NCBI GenBank assembly: GCA_963815095.1
Contig: CAWFFH010000007.1
Location: 60,457 to 124,456 of the forward strand
Length of the DNA stretch: 64,000 nt
Source of the DNA: Candidatus Bathyarchaeota archaeon
GTDB taxonomy: Archaea > Thermoproteota > Bathyarchaeia > Bathyarchaeales > Bathycorpusculaceae
Direction: 5' to 3'
Part shown: one piece after another, positions 1 to 9,499 of the stretch
Layout of the letters: every line of letters starts with the position of its first letter
Position numbering within the stretch: position 1 is the first letter of the stretch
Made by a program: the position numbers and the translations under genes
The notes under the pieces: model-generated
Databases searched by the model: none
Told to the model about the DNA's origin: nothing
What the model saw: the letters and a program-made list of their open reading frames with translations, nothing else

Positions 1-368
1 GCTACTCGATCTGGAGGTAGAGGTATGAATTGGGTTTCGTAGAAGGTATCAACGATGGGGTTGTAGTATTGGTATCTTAATGTTTTGTTTGTGTTGATTG
101 CTTTAATCGCATAATCAAACCAGCGTTGTTCTGCAGCTGGAGCGACTTCTTTTTTTCGCTTACCTATTATGTTAGCTGCTTTTAGGCCTGTTTGCCGCTC
201 GTAAGCAGGATTAACTTCAACAAATACAAAATCAACAACTCTGCCTTGACTGTTACGGACTAATTCTAAAAGTTCAAAACCATCATCAAGCATACTGATA
301 AATTTAGAAAGACTCTCCAGTTTCTTATCTAAAAAAGCATCATCGGAATTGCTGCAAGAAAAAGACAT
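1..368 (-). CDS. PAS-domain sensor protein, N-terminal part (runs off the window start)
   Basis: Translated by hand from ATG at 368: MSFSCSNSDD...DGFELLELVRNSQGRVVDFVFVEVNPAYERQTGLKAANIIGK..., open to position 1. The VNPAYERxTGL...IIGK pattern is typical of PAS domains. Not in the ORF track. Confidence 0.75.
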   Translation of the reverse strand, partial: MSFSCSNSDDAFLDKKLESLSKFISMLDDGFELLELVRNSQGRVVDFVFVEVNPAYERQTGLKAANIIGKRKKEVAPAAEQRWFDYAIKAINTNKTLRYQYYNPIVDTFYETQFIPLPPDRV

Positions 369-452
369 ATTCTCTACGGAAAACTAAAGTGTCAAGTAAA
401 TAATATAGCATTTGGTAAAGCTTAAGCGTTAATATTTTACTATGGTGTAATT

Positions 453-1538
453 ATGGTTTCAAATGCTGTCTGGTTCACTGTTAAAGAAAAGAAGTGGAAG
501 GTTAGCTACTTTGGCGAGTTTTCTTGGACAAGAGAGGATCAGTTTTGGGACTCAGATAATTGTATAATTAGTTTTGCTAGAACACTTGATAATAAATGCT
601 TGATTGTTGTTCGAAGCAACCAAACAAAACGCAGCAGGTTCATGGAAAAAGAAGTTGTGCTTCGGTACATGTTGGGTTTTGAGATTTCGGGTAACCCTTC
701 TGAACCTAAAGCCGAGATGTACATTGCAAGGAATAATTTTCCAGACAAAAGAGAAGGCCCGAAGAATCGGTGGGTTTTGCAGCTGGATGATAAACATTGG
801 ATTTGGGAGTGGGCACAGGAAGGAGGAGACATTGCCAATTCGACAATCTACAAAATCTACAATGAGATAGTCAACGAGATAGAGCATCCTTCGATAATGG
901 GAGATAATATCCTCAAGGCGCAAATTGAAGTGGAGGACGATAGAGTGATTCCAGTTTTATATCAGCCGAGCGTTGATGCCTTGAAGAACTTTGTTCGAGA
1001 AGTTCACTGCGCAAAGGGACCCGCCAACCCGGACGGTTCTTACGAAATGGAGGTCTCAATTCTCTTTAATAACGAGCGACTACGCCAGCATGGCATCTGG
1101 AATTCAATCTACGAGTTTATCCGACGGTTGAAGTATGGTAGGTTGATGGATCTGGAGTCATTTAAGATTCATATGGGTAAGGATCAAGATAGTGATCGAT
1201 TCTTTTTCGCAGGGATATACAGTAACAAAGAGGAATTGAATGCTGATTCTATTCATGGCGACAAAATCCCTCCGCCTGCGCCGGAACATCGAATCAAATA
1301 CTATTTCTTAAATCGCAACCATCCCGTTGTTTTCATAAACACATCAAATCACGCTATGGCAGAGCGTGACACAAACGATAGAATATGGAAATGGGAGTAT
1401 ATCCCATGGTTAAATGATGCACCAATAAAGCTAGGCTCGAAAACGAGAACAGAAATAGAACAAAGTCTCAGGGTCCGCACAAATTCTGGTAGCCCACCTA
1501 TTGATCGAGTAACTTCGTCAGTACTGCCAAAAAAATAA
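453..1538 (+). CDS. hypothetical protein, 361 aa (C-terminal half loosely NPP1/Vps62-like)
   Basis: Long ORF. The motifs GRLMDLE and HPVVFINTSNHAM only loosely recall those folds. Confidence 0.6.
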   Translation: MVSNAVWFTVKEKKWKVSYFGEFSWTREDQFWDSDNCIISFARTLDNKCLIVVRSNQTKRSRFMEKEVVLRYMLGFEISGNPSEPKAEMYIARNNFPDKREGPKNRWVLQLDDKHWIWEWAQEGGDIANSTIYKIYNEIVNEIEHPSIMGDNILKAQIEVEDDRVIPVLYQPSVDALKNFVREVHCAKGPANPDGSYEMEVSILFNNERLRQHGIWNSIYEFIRRLKYGRLMDLESFKIHMGKDQDSDRFFFAGIYSNKEELNADSIHGDKIPPPAPEHRIKYYFLNRNHPVVFINTSNHAMAERDTNDRIWKWEYIPWLNDAPIKLGSKTRTEIEQSLRVRTNSGSPPIDRVTSSVLPKK

Positions 1539-1783
1539 GACACAATTTTTCTAAAAACTACTGAAAAACCTTTCGGTCGCTATCCTCAATTGCCCCAGCT
1601 CATTTCTTGTCTTTACGATAAATTACTTAGATCTTGTTGCTTATTTGGTGTGACAACATTAGTTTATTAATGGTATGCTGACTTGAGTAATCAGACAGAA
1701 CTCTTTTGAAAAGAGGTATATGTTATGATTGATTTTTCAGATAGGAAATTAATTGATTTTTCCCGAAATATCGATTCAGAAAA

Positions 1784-3649
1784 TTGGCTGAGAAGGAGTT
1801 GTTGCTTGTGTCGTTAACTAGCAATTCTGATTTTTATGTTTCTATTCACGATGCTGGCATAAATCGGGTTGTAAAGCACGTAATGCGGCAACGTCCCTCC
1901 TTATTCAATTATGGTACTTCATTTTTGCTACATAATCCAGACTTGCTTTGTCAAAGAATTGATGCTGCATCAGAGGTTGTGCAAGCTGGCAACCCACTTA
2001 TCACAGTTCTTGACCCACTCCCAGTCATCGGGACAAATTTAGGCTTAAACTATTGCGTTCAACTTACAAAAGGCGAGATTGATTTTCATCCAGGGAACAT
2101 TATAGCTCTTCCACCTGAGTTAAATCCACTGAAGCCTCAACGTCTTGGTGTTCACTTTCAAGTTTGCGCGGGCATCGGATGCCCAACTCGTAGTCTTCCT
2201 CTCCCAGGAAGACTTTCAACTTCAGTTTTAACCGCCGCTCGGATGTCTGCAGCTAAAGTGGATGTAACTGACAGAAAACCTACCTCTGGATTAGACGGCA
2301 TTGCCTTGCCAGGCAAAGAAGTTGTTGTAGTTCCCACATCCAAGCTTGAATGTTTCTGTCTTGATCTCTTTGCCACTGCAGGAGCCAAAATAACGGGTCC
2401 AGTCGGAAATCAAACCATTTTACCTTTTGTAGATGGCATAGAAATTGTTGACTTAAAACCCGAAGGCTTAGAAAACAGCATCGAATGCTATGCATTGCTG
2501 GCACTTAATCAAGGAATAATTCCGCCCTTAGCGTCTTCAATATCTAATTTGGCCTTTAACTTGATTGATTTACCGGATAATATGGGTAAACTTAAGGTGT
2601 CTGGATCAACTGCCGTTCCAAACAATCCGGCAATAGAACAAGATCAACTCAAAGCTTTCATCAATCTTGACCAAGTTGAACTAAACATCGGTATTGAACC
2701 GATAGATTGCAGTTTACCAACTGGAGGCGGCGGACCGACAATAACTCGGACTACTCGATCTAGAACCAGGACTGGTACATTTGACCTTCAGGCTGCTGTT
2801 TCTCAAAAAGCGTTTGAAAAGATTTTTGCGGGAGTGGTGAAAGGGTTTAGTCTTCACTGCGCAGACAGCGGCAGTTTTGGTCCTTTTTCGGCAAACTACG
2901 ATGTCAAGGCTCATTTGGAAGGCGGCTCGGTTGACTTAAGAAGTAACGGTACCATAAAAATTTCTGAATTAGACATTAAATGGGATACCCTTAGCCTAAA
3001 TCTGTGCATCGATATCCCGAAGATCTGCACACCCGGTGGATGCATTATTCCTATTCCCTTCGAAGGCTGCCTATTAGATGTGCCCTCGTACTGCTTCTTT
3101 AAAGACACCCCAGACTTCTGTATACCTCTAAACATAAGCAGTTTGCTAACTTCAGAGGTATCTTTCACTGCAGGCATAAAAGTCTTCTACGGAACCAGCC
3201 CAGGCTTACCTAACCGCTGGCAAATAGTCATAGTGCCTACATTGCCTTTTGATATTGATATCATCGACATAGCTGATACAGTGGGAGACTTAGTTGAGAA
3301 CGCTGTAAACGCCGCAATTGATGGTCTTCTTAGCGGATTTCCAGATTGGGCAAAAGACGTTTTCAAGTTTCTCTTTGGGCCCCTCGACGACTTCATACGT
3401 TTTGCTCTCGACATACCCGACGACGTAGGTGAATGGCTTCTTGATGCGCTCACAGATTTAGGAGTCTTTGACGTGCTTCTATCTGCTTTGAACGATTTCT
3501 TGACGACATTGGTGCCTCCCCTTGAAATTGAAGATCCATTTCCGATACTATCTGAACCAGGATTGATTCCAGTTAAGCTTCCGATAGAGTTTATCGGCGT
3601 TCGAATTACCGGTGATGAGATGGTTATAGAGGGAGATATAGGAAATTAA
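1784..3649 (+). CDS. hypothetical Cys-rich, beta-rich protein with two probable domains (likely start GTG 1808)
   Basis: 621-aa ORF. AAGGAG at 1793-1798 precedes GTG 1808. Two halves are joined by a GGGGPTITRTTRSRTR linker. Confidence 0.7.
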   Translation: MAEKELLLVSLTSNSDFYVSIHDAGINRVVKHVMRQRPSLFNYGTSFLLHNPDLLCQRIDAASEVVQAGNPLITVLDPLPVIGTNLGLNYCVQLTKGEIDFHPGNIIALPPELNPLKPQRLGVHFQVCAGIGCPTRSLPLPGRLSTSVLTAARMSAAKVDVTDRKPTSGLDGIALPGKEVVVVPTSKLECFCLDLFATAGAKITGPVGNQTILPFVDGIEIVDLKPEGLENSIECYALLALNQGIIPPLASSISNLAFNLIDLPDNMGKLKVSGSTAVPNNPAIEQDQLKAFINLDQVELNIGIEPIDCSLPTGGGGPTITRTTRSRTRTGTFDLQAAVSQKAFEKIFAGVVKGFSLHCADSGSFGPFSANYDVKAHLEGGSVDLRSNGTIKISELDIKWDTLSLNLCIDIPKICTPGGCIIPIPFEGCLLDVPSYCFFKDTPDFCIPLNISSLLTSEVSFTAGIKVFYGTSPGLPNRWQIVIVPTLPFDIDIIDIADTVGDLVENAVNAAIDGLLSGFPDWAKDVFKFLFGPLDDFIRFALDIPDDVGEWLLDALTDLGVFDVLLSALNDFLTTLVPPLEIEDPFPILSEPGLIPVKLPIEFIGVRITGDEMVIEGDIGN

Positions 3650-3652
3650 GAG

Positions 3653-4402
3653 GTGAACATGATGATAAACCGTTTTATTTTTTCTCAGGCGAATGTTGAC
3701 AGTGGTTCGCTTACCGTGTTGGCTTCTGTTGTCCACAAGTTCTCTGAATCTGGCGCATACTTTGGCAAAATCAGAAGAGGCGAAAATGAGGTAGGTCAGT
3801 TTAAGATACTGGTTGGAGAATCGCTCACAATGCAGCCAAGCGTCAAAATCGACCTAAAAGCTATAGAAGATCCCCTATCAGATCAATCGAAGAATCCAGA
3901 ATGCAGCTGCTTTAACCTTATCCTTGGAGGATACGCAATGTTCTTTGTTTCAACCGGAGCCGGGGGATATAACATAGAAATTACAAAGCCAGAAAATGAA
4001 GGCAAGAAGATTTTTGATAACCGCGAATTAACAAGTCAGGACTTGTTTGTTGCAACGCTGCTGCGTCCAGGAACCTATCGAATAACGAATACTTTAACAA
4101 AAGCTGAAGCAGAATTGAAGATTCTTTACCCACAAATAGGCAAGACTCCAAGACAATCACAATCAGTTCAAGTAGAATGTACTGAAAAAGCAATTAACCC
4201 GCCTAAGATCAGCGTTAACCCAGGTCAAGGTGTTATCTTTAACTTCAAAGTGCCTTCAAGAATAAAGGTAGAGTTAGTTACGCCTGAAGACAAACCAAAG
4301 CAACCATCGCCAGAGAACCAAGCGTCCCAAGCAAAAACTAAACAAGATGCTAAAGCGCCACAAAAGAAGATAATGCGTCGATTGAGCCTAAACCCAACTT
4401 AA
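3653..4402 (+). CDS. hypothetical protein with possible cupredoxin-like C-terminal domain
   Basis: Starts 3 nt after the previous stop. The segment INPPKISVNPGQGVIFNF resembles a cupredoxin strand, but no Cu ligands are evident. Confidence 0.65.
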   Translation: MNMMINRFIFSQANVDSGSLTVLASVVHKFSESGAYFGKIRRGENEVGQFKILVGESLTMQPSVKIDLKAIEDPLSDQSKNPECSCFNLILGGYAMFFVSTGAGGYNIEITKPENEGKKIFDNRELTSQDLFVATLLRPGTYRITNTLTKAEAELKILYPQIGKTPRQSQSVQVECTEKAINPPKISVNPGQGVIFNFKVPSRIKVELVTPEDKPKQPSPENQASQAKTKQDAKAPQKKIMRRLSLNPT

Positions 4403-4556
4403 GGGTCAGCTACACTCTTTCCTTGTTTTTTTAGAGTTGAAGTCTCTTGTTTGGCGAATATAACCAAGACACAATAGAGTTATTATTTTCTTACTCTAGA
4501 GTAGATTTCTTTTGGGTGAAACAAACGCCGTTTTTAGTTAGTTATGGAGGTTTGCT

Positions 4557-4976
4557 ATGAGTTTTTTTGTAGATCCTTTTGGCCTTCTCTTCTTTGGTGC
4601 CATTCTATACATTATCTCAGCCAACTATAAGTTTGCAAAGTCTTTGACCTATGCTTTGGCGACTGCTATTTTGACGAGTTTCACATTTGGTGGGTTAGCT
4701 CTCTACCTAGATTGGTATCGATGGACTATACCTGGGCTTGTGGATTTGCAGGGATCATATATTATGTTTGACCAAGGCTTAACCGGCATTACCAAGGCCG
4801 CATTTCCTGCATGGATAGTTATGATGTTCTTATCCATCTACCCATTCTGGTTCGTTCTAGGCTATGAGACAGCAAAAAAATACAATCTCACGCTAAAGTT
4901 TGTGCCAATTCTAATTGTATTAATTGTGCTTCTGGCCATTCCATCAATTATCCAATCTCAATTTCTAAGCCATTAA
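4557..4976 (+). CDS. hypothetical integral membrane protein (~4 TM)
   Basis: Hydrophobic 139-aa ORF with a GGAGG SD upstream. Confidence 0.7.
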   Translation: MSFFVDPFGLLFFGAILYIISANYKFAKSLTYALATAILTSFTFGGLALYLDWYRWTIPGLVDLQGSYIMFDQGLTGITKAAFPAWIVMMFLSIYPFWFVLGYETAKKYNLTLKFVPILIVLIVLLAIPSIIQSQFLSH

Positions 4977-5080
4977 TAATCTGCACTTTAACATGCATCA
5001 AAAACTTGGGTTAGTCTATTGGCTAGCGGTTATCATAATTAGCAACCTGCAAAAATTCCTTCCTTCAAAATCAATATCTT

Positions 5081-6880
5081 CTATAGATTGATCGGTTGGG
5101 CATAGGAAGGCAATGTTACTTTCAGGCCAAACATTTCTACAAACAGGTTGGTTTTCTCTGAATGGATAGGGATTATCTTTGCAGGCTTTGTTTTTTCTAA
5201 TAGTTCAAAAAGTTCGCTCTTTGAGGCGTGGCCTGACACGTGCCTCCTAACAAATATCTTAAGTTCACCGTTCATTTCGTGGTCGTAAGATATTCCAAAG
5301 AAGTCAAGCCAATGCACCATTTTGGTTTCATCGATCTCCATTTCTTCGTTGAAGGGCTCAGTTGAAGCAGAAATATACTTTGTGTTATGTTTGTGGCCAG
5401 GCGGAATTAGGTCGAAGAGATCGTTTGCATCCCAATACGAAAGCATTAGAATGTACTTTTTAGGGTTTTCTCTGATTTGGTATGCTCTAACTCCGTTGTC
5501 TAAGTGGTGGGTTGCTAGCTCATAGAGTTCCCTGTAATCATATGGTTGCCCTTCACTGGTTACTGGCAAAGGGTTTTTTGGGTTGTTTGGGTTGCCGCCT
5601 ACGCCCAGTCTTTCTGCCACTCGCACGATGTTTCTATCGTCTTGGGCGATGTTTCTTCCGTGATAGTGGAGGTAGCCCATTTTGTATTTGTCGTAGTCTG
5701 CTTTTGAGTAGAGGAGGTCGCCTTCTCGTTTGAGGTAGACTTTAAGGTTGGGCATTGAGCGTGGATCGGCGTGTTCGGTTGGAAAACTATGGTGCATTTC
5801 ATAGAGAAGGTACGCGAGTTTGGAATTAATTACCAATGTGCGATCGTTTTCCTTTGCGGCTTGGTAGATGGTCTTGAATCGTGTTAGATCCTTCCAGCCA
5901 AAATTTATGAGAACTAATCCTTCAGAACGACCAATGTCAACACTGATCTCTCTTCCAACATCTTCTTCAGTTATCACTTCATCCGAGCCAATACGGGTTC
6001 CTTCACTAATCAAAACATCAACCGGACCACCAATCAAGCCAACATAATCATCCATCGAAACCTCGCCAGCACCATGAAACCTCACATCACCAGTGTAGAG
6101 GAGGCGTTTTCCATCTGGAAGAATAAGCAAAACTGAACATGCACCTGGCACTGAGTGCCCGACTGGGATCAATTTGTATTTAATGCCCTTGATCTGCCCC
6201 TCAGAAGCCGTGTTAAACACTCTGTACTGAGGCGCTATGTCGTAGGTGAATTTGAATTTAGTTTTGGGATCCTCAATGATCGGGTGCTCCTCTTCCTTTT
6301 CTTCACTGCACGCGCACTCTCCGGGACAAAGCGTCTTGAAGAGAGGAACTTTCTGCTTTATGGTGACTTTTTTAGCGATTTTGTAATATTGATCATCCAC
6401 ACCAGAAACCGAAACATCAGTCATCGCTTTTGCGAGAACTTTGGTTTTTTCGGTACAGTAAACAGGAATGCATGGGTCAAGGAAGCTGACGTCTTGAATG
6501 TGGTCAAAATGAGCATGAGAAACAAAGACACCATCAACTGCTGGTTGCTCGGGGTTGCAAGGGCAAACATCAGTGGTTTTCCAATAATCCAACGCCTCAT
6601 CCAAAGGAACCTTCTTGCTAACCTCATCGTTTTCAAAAAGAACCGTCATATCAACCAAATGCTGCGTATAGATGCCGTCGATTTTAGGCAAAATCCCCAA
6701 CCGAAGCATATCCCGCAAAGCATTCTTAGAACGAGCCAAAAGAAACTCGGAGAAAAACTTGCCATATTCGCCCATTCTACGCCCAAAATCCAAAAGAACG
6801 GAGCCATCCTCGGTTTGGAGCAAGATTTTGTTGCCGCCGATTTCGTTGACTCCACCGTAGAACGTAAGCTTAGCCGTCAT
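5081..6880 (-). CDS. MBL-fold beta-CASP metallo-hydrolase, RNase J-like
   Basis: Motifs GGVNEIGGNK, LLDFG, SHAHFDH, GHSVPGA, TGD, SEGT, HVSGHA and PIHSE. ATG 6880 is preferred over TTG 6898. Confidence 0.85.
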   Translation of the reverse strand: MTAKLTFYGGVNEIGGNKILLQTEDGSVLLDFGRRMGEYGKFFSEFLLARSKNALRDMLRLGILPKIDGIYTQHLVDMTVLFENDEVSKKVPLDEALDYWKTTDVCPCNPEQPAVDGVFVSHAHFDHIQDVSFLDPCIPVYCTEKTKVLAKAMTDVSVSGVDDQYYKIAKKVTIKQKVPLFKTLCPGECACSEEKEEEHPIIEDPKTKFKFTYDIAPQYRVFNTASEGQIKGIKYKLIPVGHSVPGACSVLLILPDGKRLLYTGDVRFHGAGEVSMDDYVGLIGGPVDVLISEGTRIGSDEVITEEDVGREISVDIGRSEGLVLINFGWKDLTRFKTIYQAAKENDRTLVINSKLAYLLYEMHHSFPTEHADPRSMPNLKVYLKREGDLLYSKADYDKYKMGYLHYHGRNIAQDDRNIVRVAERLGVGGNPNNPKNPLPVTSEGQPYDYRELYELATHHLDNGVRAYQIRENPKKYILMLSYWDANDLFDLIPPGHKHNTKYISASTEPFNEEMEIDETKMVHWLDFFGISYDHEMNGELKIFVRRHVSGHASKSELFELLEKTKPAKIIPIHSEKTNLFVEMFGLKVTLPSYAQPINL

Positions 6881-7022
6881 GACTTTCCCAAATGGCAATT
6901 AACGGGCAAGTTACATTAATAATTTACCCATCACCAGCTTAAGACTTCAAAAGACATAACACTCTCAGAGGAAACAAATTCTTAAATGCACTGAGTAAAG
7001 AAAAGAGTATTGAGGGGTAAAA

Positions 7023-7184
7023 TTGAAGAAGTGTGGGTTGTGCGGAGAAGAAATTAAAGATGACAAATACTTTACGATTTATCAGTGCAAGGGGACGGAG
7101 AACAGACTTGTCTTAGTGGCATGTGAAAAAGATTTCAAAGATAAGGCCTACCGAGAAATCATCATGAAAATCGCAAGTATGTAA
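7023..7184 (+). CDS. small Cys-containing (zinc-finger-like) protein, 53 aa
   Basis: Hand-translated MKKCGLCGEEIKDDKYFTIYQCKGTENRLVLVACEKDFKDKAYREIIMKIASM*, with a GAGGGG SD upstream. Below the ORF-track cutoff. Confidence 0.6.
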   Translation: MKKCGLCGEEIKDDKYFTIYQCKGTENRLVLVACEKDFKDKAYREIIMKIASM

Positions 7185-7220
7185 AGAAGCCATAATAGTC
7201 AATAAGTGAAGATAGACACA

Positions 7221-7911
7221 ATGGCATTCATCAATTCGCTTCTTGCACAAATACTAAAAGCAACTCCTTTTCCATCAGAATCCATAGACAACCTAGCCGA
7301 GACAATGCAGGTAACCCAAAATTTTGAAAAAACCCAAATCAGATCGCTTTTATAAAGCGAGGTTGCGGGTTGGCGGTATGGCTTTCTTAGACAGAATCTT
7401 CTTTGACGCCACATATTTCAATACGCTCCAAGCTGATGAGGTGCTAGCGGTTGCAGCGCATGAGTTAACGCATCTAAAAAAAAGACATGGACTAAAAAAA
7501 TTCTTTCGATTAACCATACCTTCAGCATTAATTGGAGTTCTGATGGGGTCCTTTGTGTTTTTCAACTTTACATCCATAGATGCAATTCTTATCGTTGGAA
7601 GTTTAGGAAAAATCGCATCCAGTTTGCTCGCAGCCTTATTCTTTGGTTTTTTAGGTTTAGTTGGTGCCTTATTCGTTAACGCAAAATGGCTCCGAAGCCA
7701 AGAAACAGAATGCGACCTCAACACAGTAAAGTACCTAAACGGCGAACCAATGATAACCGCTCTAATCAAACTAAATAACCTGCGACCCCAAAGAAACACA
7801 CGCATAGAACGATACATGCCCAAACTTTACCCAACAATTGAACAAAGAATAAACGACATCAAAGCGGCAGTCGAAAACAAAAAGAAACGAAACAATGCAC
7901 TAATTCCTTAA
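7221..7911 (+). CDS. M48-family (HtpX-like) zinc metalloprotease with an apparent +1 frameshift near 7316
   Basis: HELTH motif, two TM helices, ETECD and YPTIEQRI in ORF 7324-7911. An upstream ATG 7221 frame (MAFINSLL...) overlaps it one base out of frame. Confidence 0.7.
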
Positions 7912-8266
7912 TTATTTAAAACTGTTAGGTAATAATTCCCTAGCCCTTCCTTCATAGTTTCTCGCGGGATTACGATTTGACCCTTAGACAAAACCTTATG
8001 ACGTATGCAATTTGCCCTCTCATAATTTAGTAATCCAATCCAAATCGACATCGAAGATTTCTGTGCCAAAATGGAAAAACCCGACAAGGCAACAAAAGAA
8101 GTTGTTGCTGCTGCTACTGCATTCTTCACTTCGGTTGCAACAACAATCAAAACTAAACCATAGTCAAAAATTTGGCACTGAGTGCTCACATGTGTTTGTG
8201 GAAATTTTTTCCCAAAATAACATAGGACTTTTATAATCATCGAAGAGATTGTAGGGTGACTCCAAA

Positions 8267-9499
8267 TTGGCTATTTCATATTTGTGCAGAAAATGCGGTA
8301 AAAATTACTCCAAAGAAGAGTTTACTAAATGCAAATTTTGTGAGTCATGCGGTTCTTTTCTCATGCCCAACTTCAGAGTGCAAAATCAGGAAACCGTAAC
8401 AGCTAAATCTGATAATTTTATCAAAGAAAAATCTGCTCTAAATAGAGCTGCTGAGAGCCTTAGGCAAAGAGTAGATGATTCAAAAGAGTATGAGGTTGTA
8501 TCTGAAGCTGCTGTCGAGTCGCTCAAGAAACCCGTTTTTGAGAGTTGGCTATGGAGTGCTGAGTACAACGATGCTTTGTACCTCGAAGGAGAACTGATTA
8601 AACAATATCAGGACAAAAGTATTGAAGATGCCATTCCTGGGAAAGTGGTTTCAAATGATCAGGGCGAATGCTACTCCATCTCAGCATCTTGCACATCAAA
8701 CTTCAAACTGGTGCCTTACCAGGAAAGCAGGCAACACATTATCTCTGACTTAAAAGTCCTATCGGGAATTGGACCTGTCGGTGAACAAACACTAAAGCGA
8801 AAGGGCTACAAAACAGTGGAAGACTTGACGCATCATCCCAGATGGAAAAAACAAGCCGTCAACTACATGAAAATAATCGACAATAAAAAAGTAGATGCAA
8901 TACAAAAATTTCTGTGGCAACGGCTCCCAAAATCCCACCCCCTGCTCCACTATTTGGCAGGATTCTGCCAAGACCAGGACTTCGCTATAGTTGACATAGA
9001 GACTTTAGGGCTATCGGAACGACCCATCATTTTACTGGGGATCGCAAAACCAACAAAAGACCATATATGTACAAGCCAATTCTTGCTAAGAGACATCCAA
9101 GATGAACCCAGCGCAATCTGGGCTTTAGTTTCTCAGCTCGAACCTAACTTATCGCTAATAACGTTTAATGGCCGAAGCTTTGACATGCCATACATTAAAC
9201 AAAGATTGGCTTACTATGGATTAGATGCACCTTTGGATAATCCACATTTTGACGTTCTACATTTTACTAGACGCGCGCTACGCCACAAATTATCCGATTG
9301 CAGGCTGGACACGGTTGAGAAATACATCGGTATCAAAAGAGACATAAACATACCTGGCGCTTTGGTTCCCCACTTCTATGAGACTTATCTTCGAACTAAA
9401 AACGTTGGACCCCTCGTTCCCATAGTAGAACATAACAGGCAAGATTTGCTAACGCTTGGCACACTTTTCTCAAAGCTGTATGAGGAATGGAACCTATGA
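8267..9499 (+). CDS. YprB/MrfB-like RNase H-fold exonuclease with N-terminal Zn ribbon and HhH
   Basis: DIETLGL, TFNGRSFDMP, HFD and HNRQDL motifs; HhH-like LSGIGPV; N-terminal CxxC...CxxC. Confidence 0.85.
   Translation: MAISYLCRKCGKNYSKEEFTKCKFCESCGSFLMPNFRVQNQETVTAKSDNFIKEKSALNRAAESLRQRVDDSKEYEVVSEAAVESLKKPVFESWLWSAEYNDALYLEGELIKQYQDKSIEDAIPGKVVSNDQGECYSISASCTSNFKLVPYQESRQHIISDLKVLSGIGPVGEQTLKRKGYKTVEDLTHHPRWKKQAVNYMKIIDNKKVDAIQKFLWQRLPKSHPLLHYLAGFCQDQDFAIVDIETLGLSERPIILLGIAKPTKDHICTSQFLLRDIQDEPSAIWALVSQLEPNLSLITFNGRSFDMPYIKQRLAYYGLDAPLDNPHFDVLHFTRRALRHKLSDCRLDTVEKYIGIKRDINIPGALVPHFYETYLRTKNVGPLVPIVEHNRQDLLTLGTLFSKLYEEWNL

Noticed and set aside
6155-6919. 254-aa plus-strand ORF
   Set aside because: Antisense shadow of the RNase J-like gene with no recognisable motifs.
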